Part shown: positions 17,834-31,437 of the stretch, piece after piece
How positions within the stretch are numbered: the first letter of the stretch is position 1
How the letters are laid out: every line of letters starts with the position of its first letter
From: Candidatus Nanosyncoccus sp.
GTDB taxonomy: Bacteria > Patescibacteriota > Saccharimonadia > Saccharimonadales > Saccharimonadaceae
DNA length: 64,000 nt
Assembly (NCBI GenBank): GCA_045578525.1
Contig: JAZNKL010000006.1
Coordinates: 3,419 to 67,418 of the forward strand
Direction of reading: 5' to 3'
Program-made: the position numbers and the translations under genes
The notes under the pieces: generated by a model
What the model saw: only the letters and a program-made list of their open reading frames with translations
What the model was told of the DNA's origin: nothing
The model's database searches: none

Positions 17834-18802
17834 CTAGACTTTCAGTCTGCCTTTGCGCTCTTTGCGCTTCCTACTTAGCATTATAATCCAAATGATGAGA
17901 ATTGTCAAGAGGATAAGCATAATAATAATCATCCAGATAGGTAAAATTACGACTAGCTTGGTTTCTTCTCTAACTACATCACCTGCAGAACTAGACACAT
18001 TATAGGTGACCCAGAAAAGTCCCATCGGAGAAGTATTATTCCATTCGCTGTTCATGCGACGCTCTGTGTCTGGGAGAATATTGTAAGCCTGCTCTTCTTC
18101 ATGAAGCGTGTTGCCGAAGATAGATTTGACAGTAAACTTGTATTTAGCCTCGATGTCTGTATTACCTTTATTTTTAACCTTGGATGTGGCAGTGATTGGA
18201 CCTTTATTGAGGAAGCCGGAAATTGCATAATCTGTGATTTCTGCGTCCTCATTGGTCTCGCCGTTCGTACGACCATAGACGATAAGGCCGATACGAGAGA
18301 CAGTGGTAATACCGCTAGCGTCTTTTTTGTCATCACTGTCAGTCTGAGCAAAAATGGTAGCATATTGACCGCCGGCAGGGACATCTTCTGGAACACTGAT
18401 ACGGTAGTTTACAGTCTGTTTTGCACCTGGTTCAAGGGTGCTTTTGAAAGTATCAGTAGTGCTGCCGTCTTCATTGATGAATTTAATCCAGCGAGAAAGT
18501 TGCGTACGATTAGTTTCATTGCTAAAGGAAACATTATAATCTTCGTCTACGACAGAGTATGGCGCAGTATAAACGCTGTATCCGAATTTATCGGTACCAA
18601 TATTAGCTACTGTCATAGAGTAATCCAGTGATTGCCCTGGGCGAAGCACCACCCTAGATGATACAGGGGTCACCTGAATCCAAGATGATGAGCTATCAGA
18701 AGAAGTAGTAGTGAGCTCTTCTGCAAAAACATTAGTCACTGGAGCGATTGCGCCGGTAATGGCAAGCGCTAGTGCTACTAATCCATATTTTAACGATTTC
18801 AT
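17834..18802 (-). CDS. DUF916/WxL-interacting-like surface protein with C-terminal TM anchor (CscA-like)
   Basis: IQVTP..LRPGQ..TVANIG; AGGQYA; KNKGN; C-terminal TM plus RKRK. Confidence 0.7.
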   Translation of the reverse strand: MKSLKYGLVALALAITGAIAPVTNVFAEELTTTSSDSSSSWIQVTPVSSRVVLRPGQSLDYSMTVANIGTDKFGYSVYTAPYSVVDEDYNVSFSNETNRTQLSRWIKFINEDGSTTDTFKSTLEPGAKQTVNYRISVPEDVPAGGQYATIFAQTDSDDKKDASGITTVSRIGLIVYGRTNGETNEDAEITDYAISGFLNKGPITATSKVKNKGNTDIEAKYKFTVKSIFGNTLHEEEQAYNILPDTERRMNSEWNNTSPMGLFWVTYNVSSSAGDVVREETKLVVILPIWMIIIMLILLTILIIWIIMLSRKRKERKGRLKV

Positions 18803-18828
18803 TAGTATTATCTCCTTTCCTTAAAAAG

Positions 18829-19791
18829 TTATTTTTCTCGTTTTCCTTTGCTTTCCCCACGCGCCTCACGCATCTCACGTTTGCGATCTCTTGAACGAGA
18901 TACTAGCCAGAAGATGATGAAGAATAGGAGAGCGAAGATGATAAATAGTAGCCAGAGTGGACAAATCAGAACGAGTTTTCCGACCTTGGAGGTTTCTCCT
19001 GCAAAGTCAATGGTTTGTTCCACATAGAAGACGCCAAGGCTTGGCGCACCATCCCAGGTAATGGAATTAAAGCGGCTGGTTTCTGGAATGATATCTAGGG
19101 TTAATGGGTTATCTGCATTAGAAAAGGCGGTTTCTTTTTGGAAAAGTGGCCAGATATTGGTTGTATAGGTAGCGGTCTGTTCAATATTACCCGTGTTCTT
19201 AACTAAAGACGAGACGGTAATTGGCGGATCGAAATAAAAACCGTTAACAGTGTTTTTAACGATTTCGCCAGATGCACGAGTCTCACCTGGAACTGCAGCG
19301 TAAAGGATCATACCAACGCGATGAACAACGCGAACTGTAGCATTGTCAGCGTTACCGCTATCTGTCTGAGCCATAAGTGCGGCGTACTGACCGCCAGCAG
19401 GTACATCAGTCGGAACTTTTACATAATAAGTGACATTAGCAGTCTCACCTGGGCCAAGATGACCACTCTTTTTGTCGAAGGTAATCCATTCGGCAATTTG
19501 AGTGTAATTATTCTTGGTGTCATAATTTCCTTCGTAGTTTTCTCCGGTAACAGTATAAGGCGTGGCTTCTACTGTATAATCAAAATCTCCTACGCCAATA
19601 TTCATAACCTTGAAGGTTCCGGTATAGTTAGAACCTGGGGTGAGGGAGATCTTTTGTTTCGTTGGAGACACTTGGATGCGGGTAACACCTTCGTCCTCTG
19701 CAAAAACTGGTGCGGAATTTAGAACGCTATACCCACCAATGGTTAGTGCTGCAAGCAAAACAGCAAGAAAATATTTTATTTTTTTAGCCAT
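18829..19791 (-). CDS. DUF916/WxL-interacting-like surface protein (paralogue)
   Basis: IQVSP..LTPGS..KVMNIG; VPTDVPAGGQYA; KNTGN; C-terminal TM. Confidence 0.7.
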   Translation of the reverse strand: MAKKIKYFLAVLLAALTIGGYSVLNSAPVFAEDEGVTRIQVSPTKQKISLTPGSNYTGTFKVMNIGVGDFDYTVEATPYTVTGENYEGNYDTKNNYTQIAEWITFDKKSGHLGPGETANVTYYVKVPTDVPAGGQYAALMAQTDSGNADNATVRVVHRVGMILYAAVPGETRASGEIVKNTVNGFYFDPPITVSSLVKNTGNIEQTATYTTNIWPLFQKETAFSNADNPLTLDIIPETSRFNSITWDGAPSLGVFYVEQTIDFAGETSKVGKLVLICPLWLLFIIFALLFFIIFWLVSRSRDRKREMREARGESKGKREK

Positions 19792-19889
19792 TAACCTCCT
19801 TGTTATGGGTTTAATTATACATGAGTGAGATAAGTTTTACAAGCCTTGAATATAAATAAAAGTCGTGTTAAAATATGTTTAGTCCTTTT

Positions 19890-19977
19890 GCGCCCGTGGT
19901 GGAATTGGTAGACACGCTACCTTGAGGTGGTAGTGGCGATTTAAGCTGTGCTAGTTCGAGTCTAGTCGGGCGCACCA
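19890..19977 (+). tRNA. tRNA-Leu(GAG)
   Basis: CTACC-TT-GAG-GT-GGTAG; long variable arm; CCA. Confidence 0.96.
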
Positions 19978-19992
19978 TTGACAAAAGCTCAA

Positions 19993-20018
19993 AAAAGACC
20001 CCCAAGTGGGGGTCTTTT
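19993..20018. terminator. Bidirectional terminator
   Basis: AAAAGACCCC..GGGGTCTTTT. Confidence 0.85.
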
Positions 20019-20034
20019 TACTGTATAAAACTGA

Positions 20035-20796
20035 TTAGTTAGCAGTTGTAGCAGTGTAGGTAAGGGTAGCCTGGTATTGACCAGTTGGCTGAGCTTTGCC
20101 AGTTGCTACGCCATACTCAACGATAGAAGTATCTTGAGTGTAGCCAGTGCGCTGGGCAGGAGCAACCTTCACGGTGTAACCAGCAGTCGTTACTGGGTTC
20201 CAGTTAGTGATGGTGCTGTCCATAGTGCTACCAGCATAAGCAGCAGCAGGTTGGATGCCCCAAGCAGCAGTACCAGCAGTCAAAGTGCCAGCAGCAGCGA
20301 TGGATGGGATAGTATCACCAGCAGCGTTGGTTAGATCAACGTCAGCAGCAGTTTTAGCGGCGACAGCTAGGCTGTAACCACCAGCATCGTTGGTAGTAAC
20401 CTTAAGAGTGGAGAAGAATCCACCGTTTGGTGCAGTTGTTGCATCATAAGCAGTAGCTGCATCACCTTCGACTACAGAATACTGGGTCATCGTGACTGCA
20501 GAAGATGAGGTCTTGATATTAGTCTCAGTTAAATCGTTACCGCTACCGTCAACAAGACCGGTGTTATTAGGAGTGATATCGACAACGGAGCCGAAGGTTT
20601 CGCCAGAAACACGGCTTGGGATGTGATTATCATCGTTGTTACCTGCGATTTCAAGAGCGATTGCTGGATCAACTTTGACAATAACTTCTGCATCGCCAGT
20701 TGCGCTTTGGGTAGCGAATGATGCCATTGGAAGAGCAGCAACGCCAAGACCTGCAACTACGCCGAGCGCAGCAATAACTTTAGTAGATTTGGACAT
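20035..20796 (-). CDS. Small secreted WxL-like (YxL variant) subunit, probable major subunit
   Basis: VTTNDAGGYSLAV, AWG, YGVATG..GQYQATLTYTAT; strongly GCT/ACT-biased codons. Confidence 0.7.
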   Translation of the reverse strand: MSKSTKVIAALGVVAGLGVAALPMASFATQSATGDAEVIVKVDPAIALEIAGNNDDNHIPSRVSGETFGSVVDITPNNTGLVDGSGNDLTETNIKTSSSAVTMTQYSVVEGDAATAYDATTAPNGGFFSTLKVTTNDAGGYSLAVAAKTAADVDLTNAAGDTIPSIAAAGTLTAGTAAWGIQPAAAYAGSTMDSTITNWNPVTTAGYTVKVAPAQRTGYTQDTSIVEYGVATGKAQPTGQYQATLTYTATTAN

Positions 20797-20856
20797 ATTA
20801 AAACTCCTTTCTATATTTGTTTTACTTTTTTGTTTTATATGACCTTTGTGTCTCCT

Positions 20857-20899
20857 AGTATACTAAAAGCTTGTGGTTATGTCAATAGTTTTTTTGAAC
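20857..20899 (-). promoter_or_regulatory. Promoter of subunit gene 1 (duplicated)
   Basis: AAAAAAACTATTGACATAA; TTGACA-17-TATACT. Confidence 0.75.
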
Positions 20900-21031
20900 A
20901 TTATTTGATAAAATATGCAAGTTTTCCACAGGGGTTAGATAAGAAAAAACCGCATCTTAAAAATCATGCGGCTTTTCATGTCTATATTATAATAGTTGCA
21001 CTATATTATATATGTGTCGGAAGCGATTACG

Positions 21032-21709
21032 CTATTTTGCTGTGGCGGTATATATTACCGTATCCGTATAGGTGCCGACCGGCTGGCTAGGAGTGGCGGC
21101 TACACCGTAGTGAACAGTACTTTGATGGTCGTTAGTGATGGTTGGAGTAGCTGGAGTGTAGTTTGTCACAGTGATTGGAGTACCAGCGACGATTGTTGGA
21201 TCAGTAGCAGAAACGTTGTTTGGAATCGCCTGCCAGACATTTGTATCACCGATAGATACTGCCCAACCAGTGTTAGAGGACGATGGAATATTGCTTGTAG
21301 CAACAATGGTATCGCCAGCGGCAGACACAAGGCTGGTAACTTCATCAGCATCGATAAGTTTCAAGGTGTACCCAGCGACTGAGTTGGTACTAACGAAAAT
21401 ATCGGAATACATCGTGGTGTTATCCACCTGGCTTGGCAAAATAGTGGTTTCGGCTTTTTGGGTACCAGTAGTAGTACAGACGGAAGTGCCATCATTATAG
21501 GTATTGCACTCAGTAGTGCCATTCAAAGTAGCTCCAGTATATGATTTAATTGTCATACTGATAACGCTATTAACAAGTAAATTGACTGTGAGGTCTTCTG
21601 TTGCCTGTGCATAATCTCCTGGGTCTGCATAAGCCGCCATTGGTAGCAAAGAAATGCCTACCCCAGCTACAATCCCGAGACCAGCGACAATCTTTTTTAT
21701 TTTGGACAT
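21032..21709 (-). CDS. Small secreted WxL-like (YxL variant) subunit, paralogue
   Basis: VSTNSVAGYTLKL, GWAV, YGVAAT..GTYTDTVIYTAT; N-terminus near-identical in style to 20035-20796. Confidence 0.7.
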   Translation of the reverse strand: MSKIKKIVAGLGIVAGVGISLLPMAAYADPGDYAQATEDLTVNLLVNSVISMTIKSYTGATLNGTTECNTYNDGTSVCTTTGTQKAETTILPSQVDNTTMYSDIFVSTNSVAGYTLKLIDADEVTSLVSAAGDTIVATSNIPSSSNTGWAVSIGDTNVWQAIPNNVSATDPTIVAGTPITVTNYTPATPTITNDHQSTVHYGVAATPSQPVGTYTDTVIYTATAK

Positions 21710-21759
21710 TATATATCCCTTTCGGTGTTTATATTATAATATATGACTTTTCTGAGGTT

Positions 21760-21801
21760 AGTATAACTCATTAAAGTGCTTATGTCAATAGTTTTTTTGG
21801 A
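21760..21801 (-). promoter_or_regulatory. Promoter of subunit gene 2 (duplicated)
   Basis: AAAAAAACTATTGACATAA; TTGACA-17-TATACT. Confidence 0.75.
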
Positions 21802-23535
21802 CTATGGTGTACGATTTTTCTGAGTCTTAACTGTAGCCCAGAAGGAAACGTCGTTGAAACGATCAGTTGGAGTAACTAATCGCAAATCTTCAGAGAAAGT
21901 ACGAACGTTACGGTTGACGAAATAAGAAAGGTTCACTTGATAGATGCCAATGGCTGGAACATCCTCAACCCAAGCTTTGAGGAAGGCTTCATACTTAGCA
22001 TCACGAATAGCTTGATCCATTGTGCTACGAGCGGCCAAGATTGCATCAGAAGCAAGCGCGCTACTATAGTTAGAAAGGTTAAGCGAGTTTTCTATGGTCT
22101 GTGAAGAGTGATAGTAGGCAAAAAGATCTGGATCGGAACCAAGCTCTATTTCATAGAGCAAAATATCGTAATTTCTTGGGCGGATAATCCCCATTAAGAA
22201 TTCTTGGCCAGCAGGCATCACCTGAACCTCCACTTTTAGTCCAAGATTTTCTAGCTGAAAACGTAGATTCTCAGCAAGTGCTGGTAAATAGCCAGAGTCA
22301 ATCGTCGCAAGGCGTACGACTTGGTCCTCAGCGAGACCTGCAGACTTGATTTTTTCTTTGGCAGCATCTGGATCATATTCCGGAATAGCTGGGAAATCGT
22401 CAAAACCAACCTGTGAAGCGAGCAAAGGGTAATCTAGCGGCAACTCATCACCTAGCGGCGCACGAAGAGAACGCATATCAATTCCCTGCTGCAAAGCTTT
22501 TCTTAAAGTTTTATGAGAGAAAATAGGGCTTCTGGTATTGAGAAAGGCAAAAACACCAGAATTAAGAGACGTTTGTTTTTCATAAATATTTGTTGCTGTA
22601 ACCTTATCAGCATCAATAGGCAGAATCTCGGCGGTGGCTGTAACAGTGCCAAGGTTAATCGCAGAAATAATTTCCTCGATCGTAGGATATGCGTGTACAG
22701 CAAAGCTGTCTAGGAGTGGGCCGCCTTTGTAGTAATCTGGATTCGGATTCAAATAAACGATTTTTTCACCAGTACTGCCGATGGTCTGGGTGGCATTATA
22801 AGAAAAAGCCCCTGAGGTTACTGGCGTAGTGGAAAAATTATGCTCAAGTAGGAGATTCGGGGTCACCCCACTCAAAATATGAGATGGCAAAATTGGAAAT
22901 TCCAAAGCTGAAGAAAAGTTGGCATAGGCCGAGGAGAGGGTGAAGATTAACTTATCATCTTCCGTAGAAACTTTGACACCAGAAAGATTCGAAGAATAGG
23001 ATGTCAAAATCGCTGGCGACTGAATAACACTGACGGTATATAGCACGTCTTCATTAGTAATTGGTTCCCCGTCAGACCATTTCAGTCCTTCTCTTAGTTT
23101 TACCGTCCAGACAGAGCCAGATTCATCCGTCTTGATAGAATCCGCTAGGCCAAGACCAATGTGTCCAGAATAGTCAACTGATGACAGTGTGCCAAACATT
23201 AGACGGCTGAGGGTTTTTTCGCTGTTAGTAGTGGCAAAAAGAGGATTCAAAGAATTAATGCGTCCGAGCGTGGCTTCGGAATAAGTACCACCTCTAGTAA
23301 ATGTTGTGACAGCATAAGATTCAGCATAGAGAAATGCCTGAGTAATCGAGAGCATTAGAATTGCCAAGATTAGAAGTGACCACTCCAAGATCAGCAGGCG
23401 AATTTTTTTGATATGAGAAAATCTATCAACGACATTTTCTTTGATGTGCTCTGAGCTTTCGCGACTAGCCTTTCGAGAGAAACGAGAGAGCTTTCTCGCT
23501 ATTCTTTGCCCACGTTTTTTTAACCCTTGTTCCAT
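21802..23535 (-). CDS. ABC transporter substrate-binding protein, family 5 (OppA-like), membrane-anchored
   Basis: LNPLF, GLADS, WTVKLREGLKWSDGEPITNEDV, LRKALQQGID. Confidence 0.85.
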   Translation of the reverse strand: MEQGLKKRGQRIARKLSRFSRKASRESSEHIKENVVDRFSHIKKIRLLILEWSLLILAILMLSITQAFLYAESYAVTTFTRGGTYSEATLGRINSLNPLFATTNSEKTLSRLMFGTLSSVDYSGHIGLGLADSIKTDESGSVWTVKLREGLKWSDGEPITNEDVLYTVSVIQSPAILTSYSSNLSGVKVSTEDDKLIFTLSSAYANFSSALEFPILPSHILSGVTPNLLLEHNFSTTPVTSGAFSYNATQTIGSTGEKIVYLNPNPDYYKGGPLLDSFAVHAYPTIEEIISAINLGTVTATAEILPIDADKVTATNIYEKQTSLNSGVFAFLNTRSPIFSHKTLRKALQQGIDMRSLRAPLGDELPLDYPLLASQVGFDDFPAIPEYDPDAAKEKIKSAGLAEDQVVRLATIDSGYLPALAENLRFQLENLGLKVEVQVMPAGQEFLMGIIRPRNYDILLYEIELGSDPDLFAYYHSSQTIENSLNLSNYSSALASDAILAARSTMDQAIRDAKYEAFLKAWVEDVPAIGIYQVNLSYFVNRNVRTFSEDLRLVTPTDRFNDVSFWATVKTQKNRTP

Positions 23536-23539
23536 AATG

Positions 23540-23764
23540 TTACGGAATGATTAATAACCCCAAGATTGATGATACAAAAATCACTACAAAAACAATGGTA
23601 GTAACGAAAAGCGACTTGTCTAGCCCACGACGTGCGGTATATAGTTCTCCTGACGCACCAAACCCAGCACCAAGAGATGCACCACGTTGCTGAAGCAAAA
23701 TTAGGAGCACCGAAAGTACGCCGGAAATCAAAGTAACTGTCTGAAGTAGTGTTCCAATATCCAT
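23540..23764 (-). CDS. secG: Preprotein translocase SecG
   Basis: ILLQQRGASLGAGFG..RRGLDK, two TMs. Confidence 0.9.
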   Translation of the reverse strand: MDIGTLLQTVTLISGVLSVLLILLQQRGASLGAGFGASGELYTARRGLDKSLFVTTIVFVVIFVSSILGLLIIP

Positions 23765-23765
23765 A

Positions 23766-24134
23766 TTACTCCCTATTATACGGCGAGAGCCCAAAATTTA
23801 CAAGCCCATTTGCGATACTCATAACAATGCTAGAAAGCACCGCACCCCAGAAATCCATAGTTACATTTGGCATAATCCAAATAGTGAGTGCGACCATTGC
23901 AGTATTGATGATAATTGTAAACAATCCAAGACTGACAATAATGAGCGGTAGAGAAAAAACTGTAGCTAGTGGGCGAATAACAGTATTTACGATTGAGAAA
24001 ATTAGGCCAGCTAGCACAAAAAGCCAGACATCATAATCTCCAGTGATGACACCAAATAGGGTGATAGAAATCCACATGCCGAGCGTGGAAAGTGCCCAGC
24101 CAAGAAGAAATGCAACTATTTGTCGTTTAATCAT
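23766..24134 (-). CDS. YvlD-like 4-TM 'phage holin family' membrane protein
   Basis: AGLIFSIVNTVIRP..PLIIVSLGLFTIIIN. Confidence 0.8.
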   Translation of the reverse strand: MIKRQIVAFLLGWALSTLGMWISITLFGVITGDYDVWLFVLAGLIFSIVNTVIRPLATVFSLPLIIVSLGLFTIIINTAMVALTIWIMPNVTMDFWGAVLSSIVMSIANGLVNFGLSPYNRE

Positions 24135-24141
24135 AACTTTC

Positions 24142-25407
24142 TTATTTTAGCAGATTTTTGCGTTTTAACAAACGGTGATATGTAATCGCAAAACGATGTG
24201 CTTCGTCGTCGATGCGTGCAATTAGCTTAGAAAGGTGAGAATCAGGTGGCAGATATTCCGAGCGAAAGCCATCTTCCTCGGGAATAATTAGATGAACGAC
24301 TGCGTTTCTAGTATGATCGCCAGATTTATTACGACCGATTACTGGAATTTGATGTTCCTTTAACAAATCCTTGACGGCATTCACTTGTCCTTCTCCACCG
24401 TCTAAAATTACCAGGTCCGGAAACTCCCATTCTGCGTGTTTTAAGCGTCGCTCTAAAGTTTCTCGCATATTAGCAGTATCGTCATTTTTCTGGGAACGCA
24501 TCTTAAACTTGCGGTATTCTGAACGGTCAGAAACGCCGTTTTTAAAAACTACCATGGAGGCGACAACGTTAGTTCCTTGCTCGTGAGAAATGTCATATCC
24601 CTCAATGCGGCGAGGCGGATTGCTTAGGCCTAATAGTTGCTGAAGTTCTTTTAAAGCCTGATCGGACGAGATATCCAAAAATTCTTTATCAGAAAAAACG
24701 ATTTTTTTCTTCAATCCCTTCAAGCCGAAGTATTGATTTCTAAGCTCAGCTGCACGTTCGTAATTTCCAGCGTTTGCCTCTACTTTCATTTCCTTCTCAA
24801 TATCGGAGATTAGTTTCTCTCGGTCCCCCTCCAAATAACGAATTAAACTCCTCAAATCTTTTTTATACTCTTTGGGCGTGGTCTTACCAACTTCTATCCC
24901 TGGAGTAAGTCCAAGATCGGTATTTAGAGTTTTTCTACCGGTGTATGGTTTATCATAATACGGGAAAACTTTTCTTAAAATTCTAAGAGCCGTCGCAACG
25001 GTAGATTTGGCATAAAATGGCCCAATGTAGCGCGCCTTGTCGTCTAGTGGTTGGCGCGTCATCGAGACATAAGGCACTTCCGACTTCATATCAATGCGAA
25101 CGTAAGATACGGTTTTATCATCACGCAGTAGAATATTCCACTTCGGCTTGTAGCGTTTAATCATTTCGTTTTCCAAAAAAAGGGCATCCATTTCAGTGTC
25201 TACGGTTAACCAGTCAGTCATGGCGATTTCTCTGACTAGCGCTTCGGTTTTTGGGTCTTTTTCAGTATTTTGGAAATATTGGCGTACGCGGTTTTTTAGA
25301 ACCGCCGCTTTACCAACATAAATGACCTCGCCATCGGCGTTTTTATGAAAATATACGCCTGGTGAGGCGGGCAGAGTTTTTAGTTTTGCCTTGAGGCGGT
25401 CATTCAT
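24142..25407 (-). CDS. uvrC: Excinuclease UvrC (short, no C-terminal HhH)
   Basis: GIY-YIG (PGVY..YVGKA..RVRQY), [28 protein letters not shown]. Confidence 0.92.
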   Translation of the reverse strand: MNDRLKAKLKTLPASPGVYFHKNADGEVIYVGKAAVLKNRVRQYFQNTEKDPKTEALVREIAMTDWLTVDTEMDALFLENEMIKRYKPKWNILLRDDKTVSYVRIDMKSEVPYVSMTRQPLDDKARYIGPFYAKSTVATALRILRKVFPYYDKPYTGRKTLNTDLGLTPGIEVGKTTPKEYKKDLRSLIRYLEGDREKLISDIEKEMKVEANAGNYERAAELRNQYFGLKGLKKKIVFSDKEFLDISSDQALKELQQLLGLSNPPRRIEGYDISHEQGTNVVASMVVFKNGVSDRSEYRKFKMRSQKNDDTANMRETLERRLKHAEWEFPDLVILDGGEGQVNAVKDLLKEHQIPVIGRNKSGDHTRNAVVHLIIPEEDGFRSEYLPPDSHLSKLIARIDDEAHRFAITYHRLLKRKNLLK

Positions 25408-25461
25408 ATTTATATTATAACTTCTTTAGGTAATATTTCAAAGTGTGATATAATAATGCTT

Positions 25462-26781
25462 ATGGATAAACTAATTATTTCTGATATTAAAGCAAGACAA
25501 GTTTTAGATAGCCGCGGCAACCCAACGGTAGAAGCGGATGTCATCTTAAAATCGGGCGAGATGGGACGCGCTATCGTACCATCTGGCGCATCAACTGGTG
25601 CCGGCGAGGCTTTAGAACTTCGTGATGGCGATGAGCAGTATTATGGCGGTAAAGGTGTTTTGAAGGCAGTTTGGAATGTTAACAGTAAAATACGTGACGT
25701 ACTAATTGGGAATACCGCCGAACAGAAAACCATAGATCAAATGATGTTGGAGCTTGACGGTACAGATAACAAATCCGGGCTAGGAGCTAATGCTATTTTA
25801 GCAGTATCACTTGCAACTGCTAAAGCTGTAGCAAAGGCTAAAAATATGCATTTTTATGAATATGTCGCAGAGCTCGCTGGTACAACATCAGAAATGTCAC
25901 TACCGATGCCAATGATGAACGTAATGAATGGTGGAGCTCATGCTGACTGGAGTACAGATTTCCAAGAATATATGATTATTCCAAGAGGTGCCGATACAAT
26001 TTCTGATGCCGTGAGAATGGGAGCAGAAATATTCCATGCCTTAAAAGATATTCTGAAGGAACGTGGCTATCCAACAACGGTTGGCGATGAAGGTGGTTAT
26101 GCGCCACTAGTTCGCGACGGAAATAATGAGCCGCTCGAATGTATTAAGCTCGCCATCGAAAAAGCAGGTTACGCACTTGGAACCGATATTTGTATCGCGA
26201 TGGATATTGCGTCCTCCGAGTTTTATAATGCTGGCGATACTGAAACCCCAGCTCACTATGAACTAAAGACCAATGGCGATTGGAAAAGTGCTGACGATCT
26301 TATTAATTGGTATACTTGGATACTCGACAACTATCCTGTAGTTTCGATTGAAGATGGGCTTTCCGAATCCGATTGGGACGGCTGGAAAGATATGACAGAA
26401 CGTATTGGCGGTCGTTGCCAATTGGTCGGAGATGATCTATTTGTAACTAATACCAAATTGCTAGAAAAAGGCATCTCGGAAAAAGTTGGTAATGCAATTT
26501 TGATTAAGCCAAATCAAATCGGCACTCTTTCTGAGACTATCGCTGCAGTAATGATGGCTAAAAAAGCTGGTTACAAGACTATTATTTCTCATCGTTCTGG
26601 AGAGTCAGAAGATGCTTCTATCGCACATCTTGCAGTTGGGCTTGGTGCTGGGCAAATCAAAACTGGCTCGCTTTCTCGCTCGGAAAGAATTGCAAAATAC
26701 AATGAGCTAATTCGTATCGCAGAAGGTAACTCTAATTTAGGAATTTCTCGAGAGTTTAAAGATTATAGATTTGACAAATAG
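25462..26781 (+). CDS. eno: Enolase
   Basis: [38 protein letters not shown]. Confidence 0.97.
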   Translation: MDKLIISDIKARQVLDSRGNPTVEADVILKSGEMGRAIVPSGASTGAGEALELRDGDEQYYGGKGVLKAVWNVNSKIRDVLIGNTAEQKTIDQMMLELDGTDNKSGLGANAILAVSLATAKAVAKAKNMHFYEYVAELAGTTSEMSLPMPMMNVMNGGAHADWSTDFQEYMIIPRGADTISDAVRMGAEIFHALKDILKERGYPTTVGDEGGYAPLVRDGNNEPLECIKLAIEKAGYALGTDICIAMDIASSEFYNAGDTETPAHYELKTNGDWKSADDLINWYTWILDNYPVVSIEDGLSESDWDGWKDMTERIGGRCQLVGDDLFVTNTKLLEKGISEKVGNAILIKPNQIGTLSETIAAVMMAKKAGYKTIISHRSGESEDASIAHLAVGLGAGQIKTGSLSRSERIAKYNELIRIAEGNSNLGISREFKDYRFDK

Positions 26782-26812
26782 AGATATTATTATTTAATAC
26801 AGATTTGCCGTT

Positions 26813-29919
<3,107 letters not shown>

Positions 29920-29939
<20 letters not shown>

Positions 29940-30789
29940 TTTCTAGCCTTTCGATGCGTTTTTCAATTGGCGGGTGAGTAGAAAAGAGACGAGAAATTGC
30001 GCCCTTTTTCAGTGGGCCGTTGATGTAGAGCGCCTCCGTAGCGGCGTTTTGGCGGCGCATCGGGCGTCCGTGCTCCTCAAGTTTTTTCAAAGCAGAAATC
30101 ATACCCTCTGGATAACGCGTAAGATGGGCAGCCGATGCGTCCGCCAAGTATTCGCGCTCGCGCGATACCGCTAGCTGCGCTAGCGACGCCGCTAATGGAG
30201 CGAAAATTGAAGTAATCACAATCACGATTGCACCAACTGGACTGCGGTCATCATCATCGCTATACATAAGCATGCGTAATCCAATGTCGGAAATAAAGCC
30301 TACCACACATACTAGTCCGAATGTAATCATCGATACTCTGATGTCGTAGTTTTTAACATGTGATAATTCATGTGCCATGACCGCTTCAAGCTCATTTTTG
30401 TCCATAATATCGAGGAGGCCAGTTGTAGCAGCAACCACTGCGTGCTTTGGATCTCTGCCAGTTGCGAAAGCATTTGGAGCAGGATCATCTATCACATAGA
30501 CTTTTGGCATCGGTAGCCCAGCTGCAAGCGATAGATTTTCGACAGCGTTGTACAATTTTGGGTTGTCCTTCTTTTCGATTTGCTTGGCCCCAGTCATCGC
30601 AACAGCAAGTGAGCTTGCGGCAAAATATTGAATCACTGCATAGATAAGTGCTATGGTCAGTACATAAATCTCTACCCAAAAATTTTCGAAGGCCCAAGCA
30701 AAAAGACCGCCAATAATACCTATCAAAATCACGAATATCGCAATGATAAAAATAGTATTTCTTTTGTTAGCGGCAATTTGCTTATACAT
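29920..30789 (-). CDS. htpX: M48 zinc protease HtpX
   Basis: PNAFATG, HELSH, SREREYLAD, STHPP. Confidence 0.93.
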
Positions 30790-30792
30790 ATG

Positions 30793-31356
30793 TTATTGGA
30801 ATTTTACTTCTGGTGCGTCTTTAATTTTTGCTTTTTCTTCGTCATCTACTTCATAGTAGTCACGAGCCTTGAAGCCGAAACCTTTAAAAATGTTAACTGG
30901 GAACATTTTGATCTTGGTGTTAAGTTCCTTAGCTCCAGCATTATAGAAACGACGGGCGGCCTGAATTTTATCTTCAGTGTCGGAAAGTTCGCTTGACAGT
31001 TGCTTAAAGTTTTCGTTTGCCTTTAGTTCTGGATAGGCCTCAGAAATAGCCATAAGACGTGAAAGTGCGCCCATAAATGATTTGTCTGCATCAGCGGTAG
31101 CCTTGACCGTGCGAGCACCCATCATTTTAGCACGAGCTTCGGAAACAGCTTCAATTGCATCCTTTTCATGTTTAGCATAGCCCTTAACGGTCTCTACGAG
31201 ATTCGGAATCAAATCAGAGCGACGTTTAAGCTGAACAGTGATGTCTGACCATGCCTCATTAACACGCTCGTTGAGCTTAACAAGACCATTATAACTGCTC
31301 CAAATGAAGACAATAGCGAGCAGTATAATACAGCCAATAATTATTGCAACTATCAT
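30793..31356 (-). CDS. lemA: LemA family protein
   Basis: YNGLV, LKRRSDLIPNLV, EAYPELKAN, RRFYN. Confidence 0.95.
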   Translation of the reverse strand: MIVAIIIGCIILLAIVFIWSSYNGLVKLNERVNEAWSDITVQLKRRSDLIPNLVETVKGYAKHEKDAIEAVSEARAKMMGARTVKATADADKSFMGALSRLMAISEAYPELKANENFKQLSSELSDTEDKIQAARRFYNAGAKELNTKIKMFPVNIFKGFGFKARDYYEVDDEEKAKIKDAPEVKFQ

Positions 31357-31437
31357 TTTTTCTCCTTAAATTACTATGCTTCTATTATAGCATAAAAGAG
31401 CTTAAAACATAAAAAATTTGTGTGATATAATGTATCT

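Noticed and set aside
23766-24134. Prophage signalled by the 'phage holin family' gene
   Set aside because: YvlD-type membrane protein within a uvrC-secG housekeeping run; no phage genes nearby.
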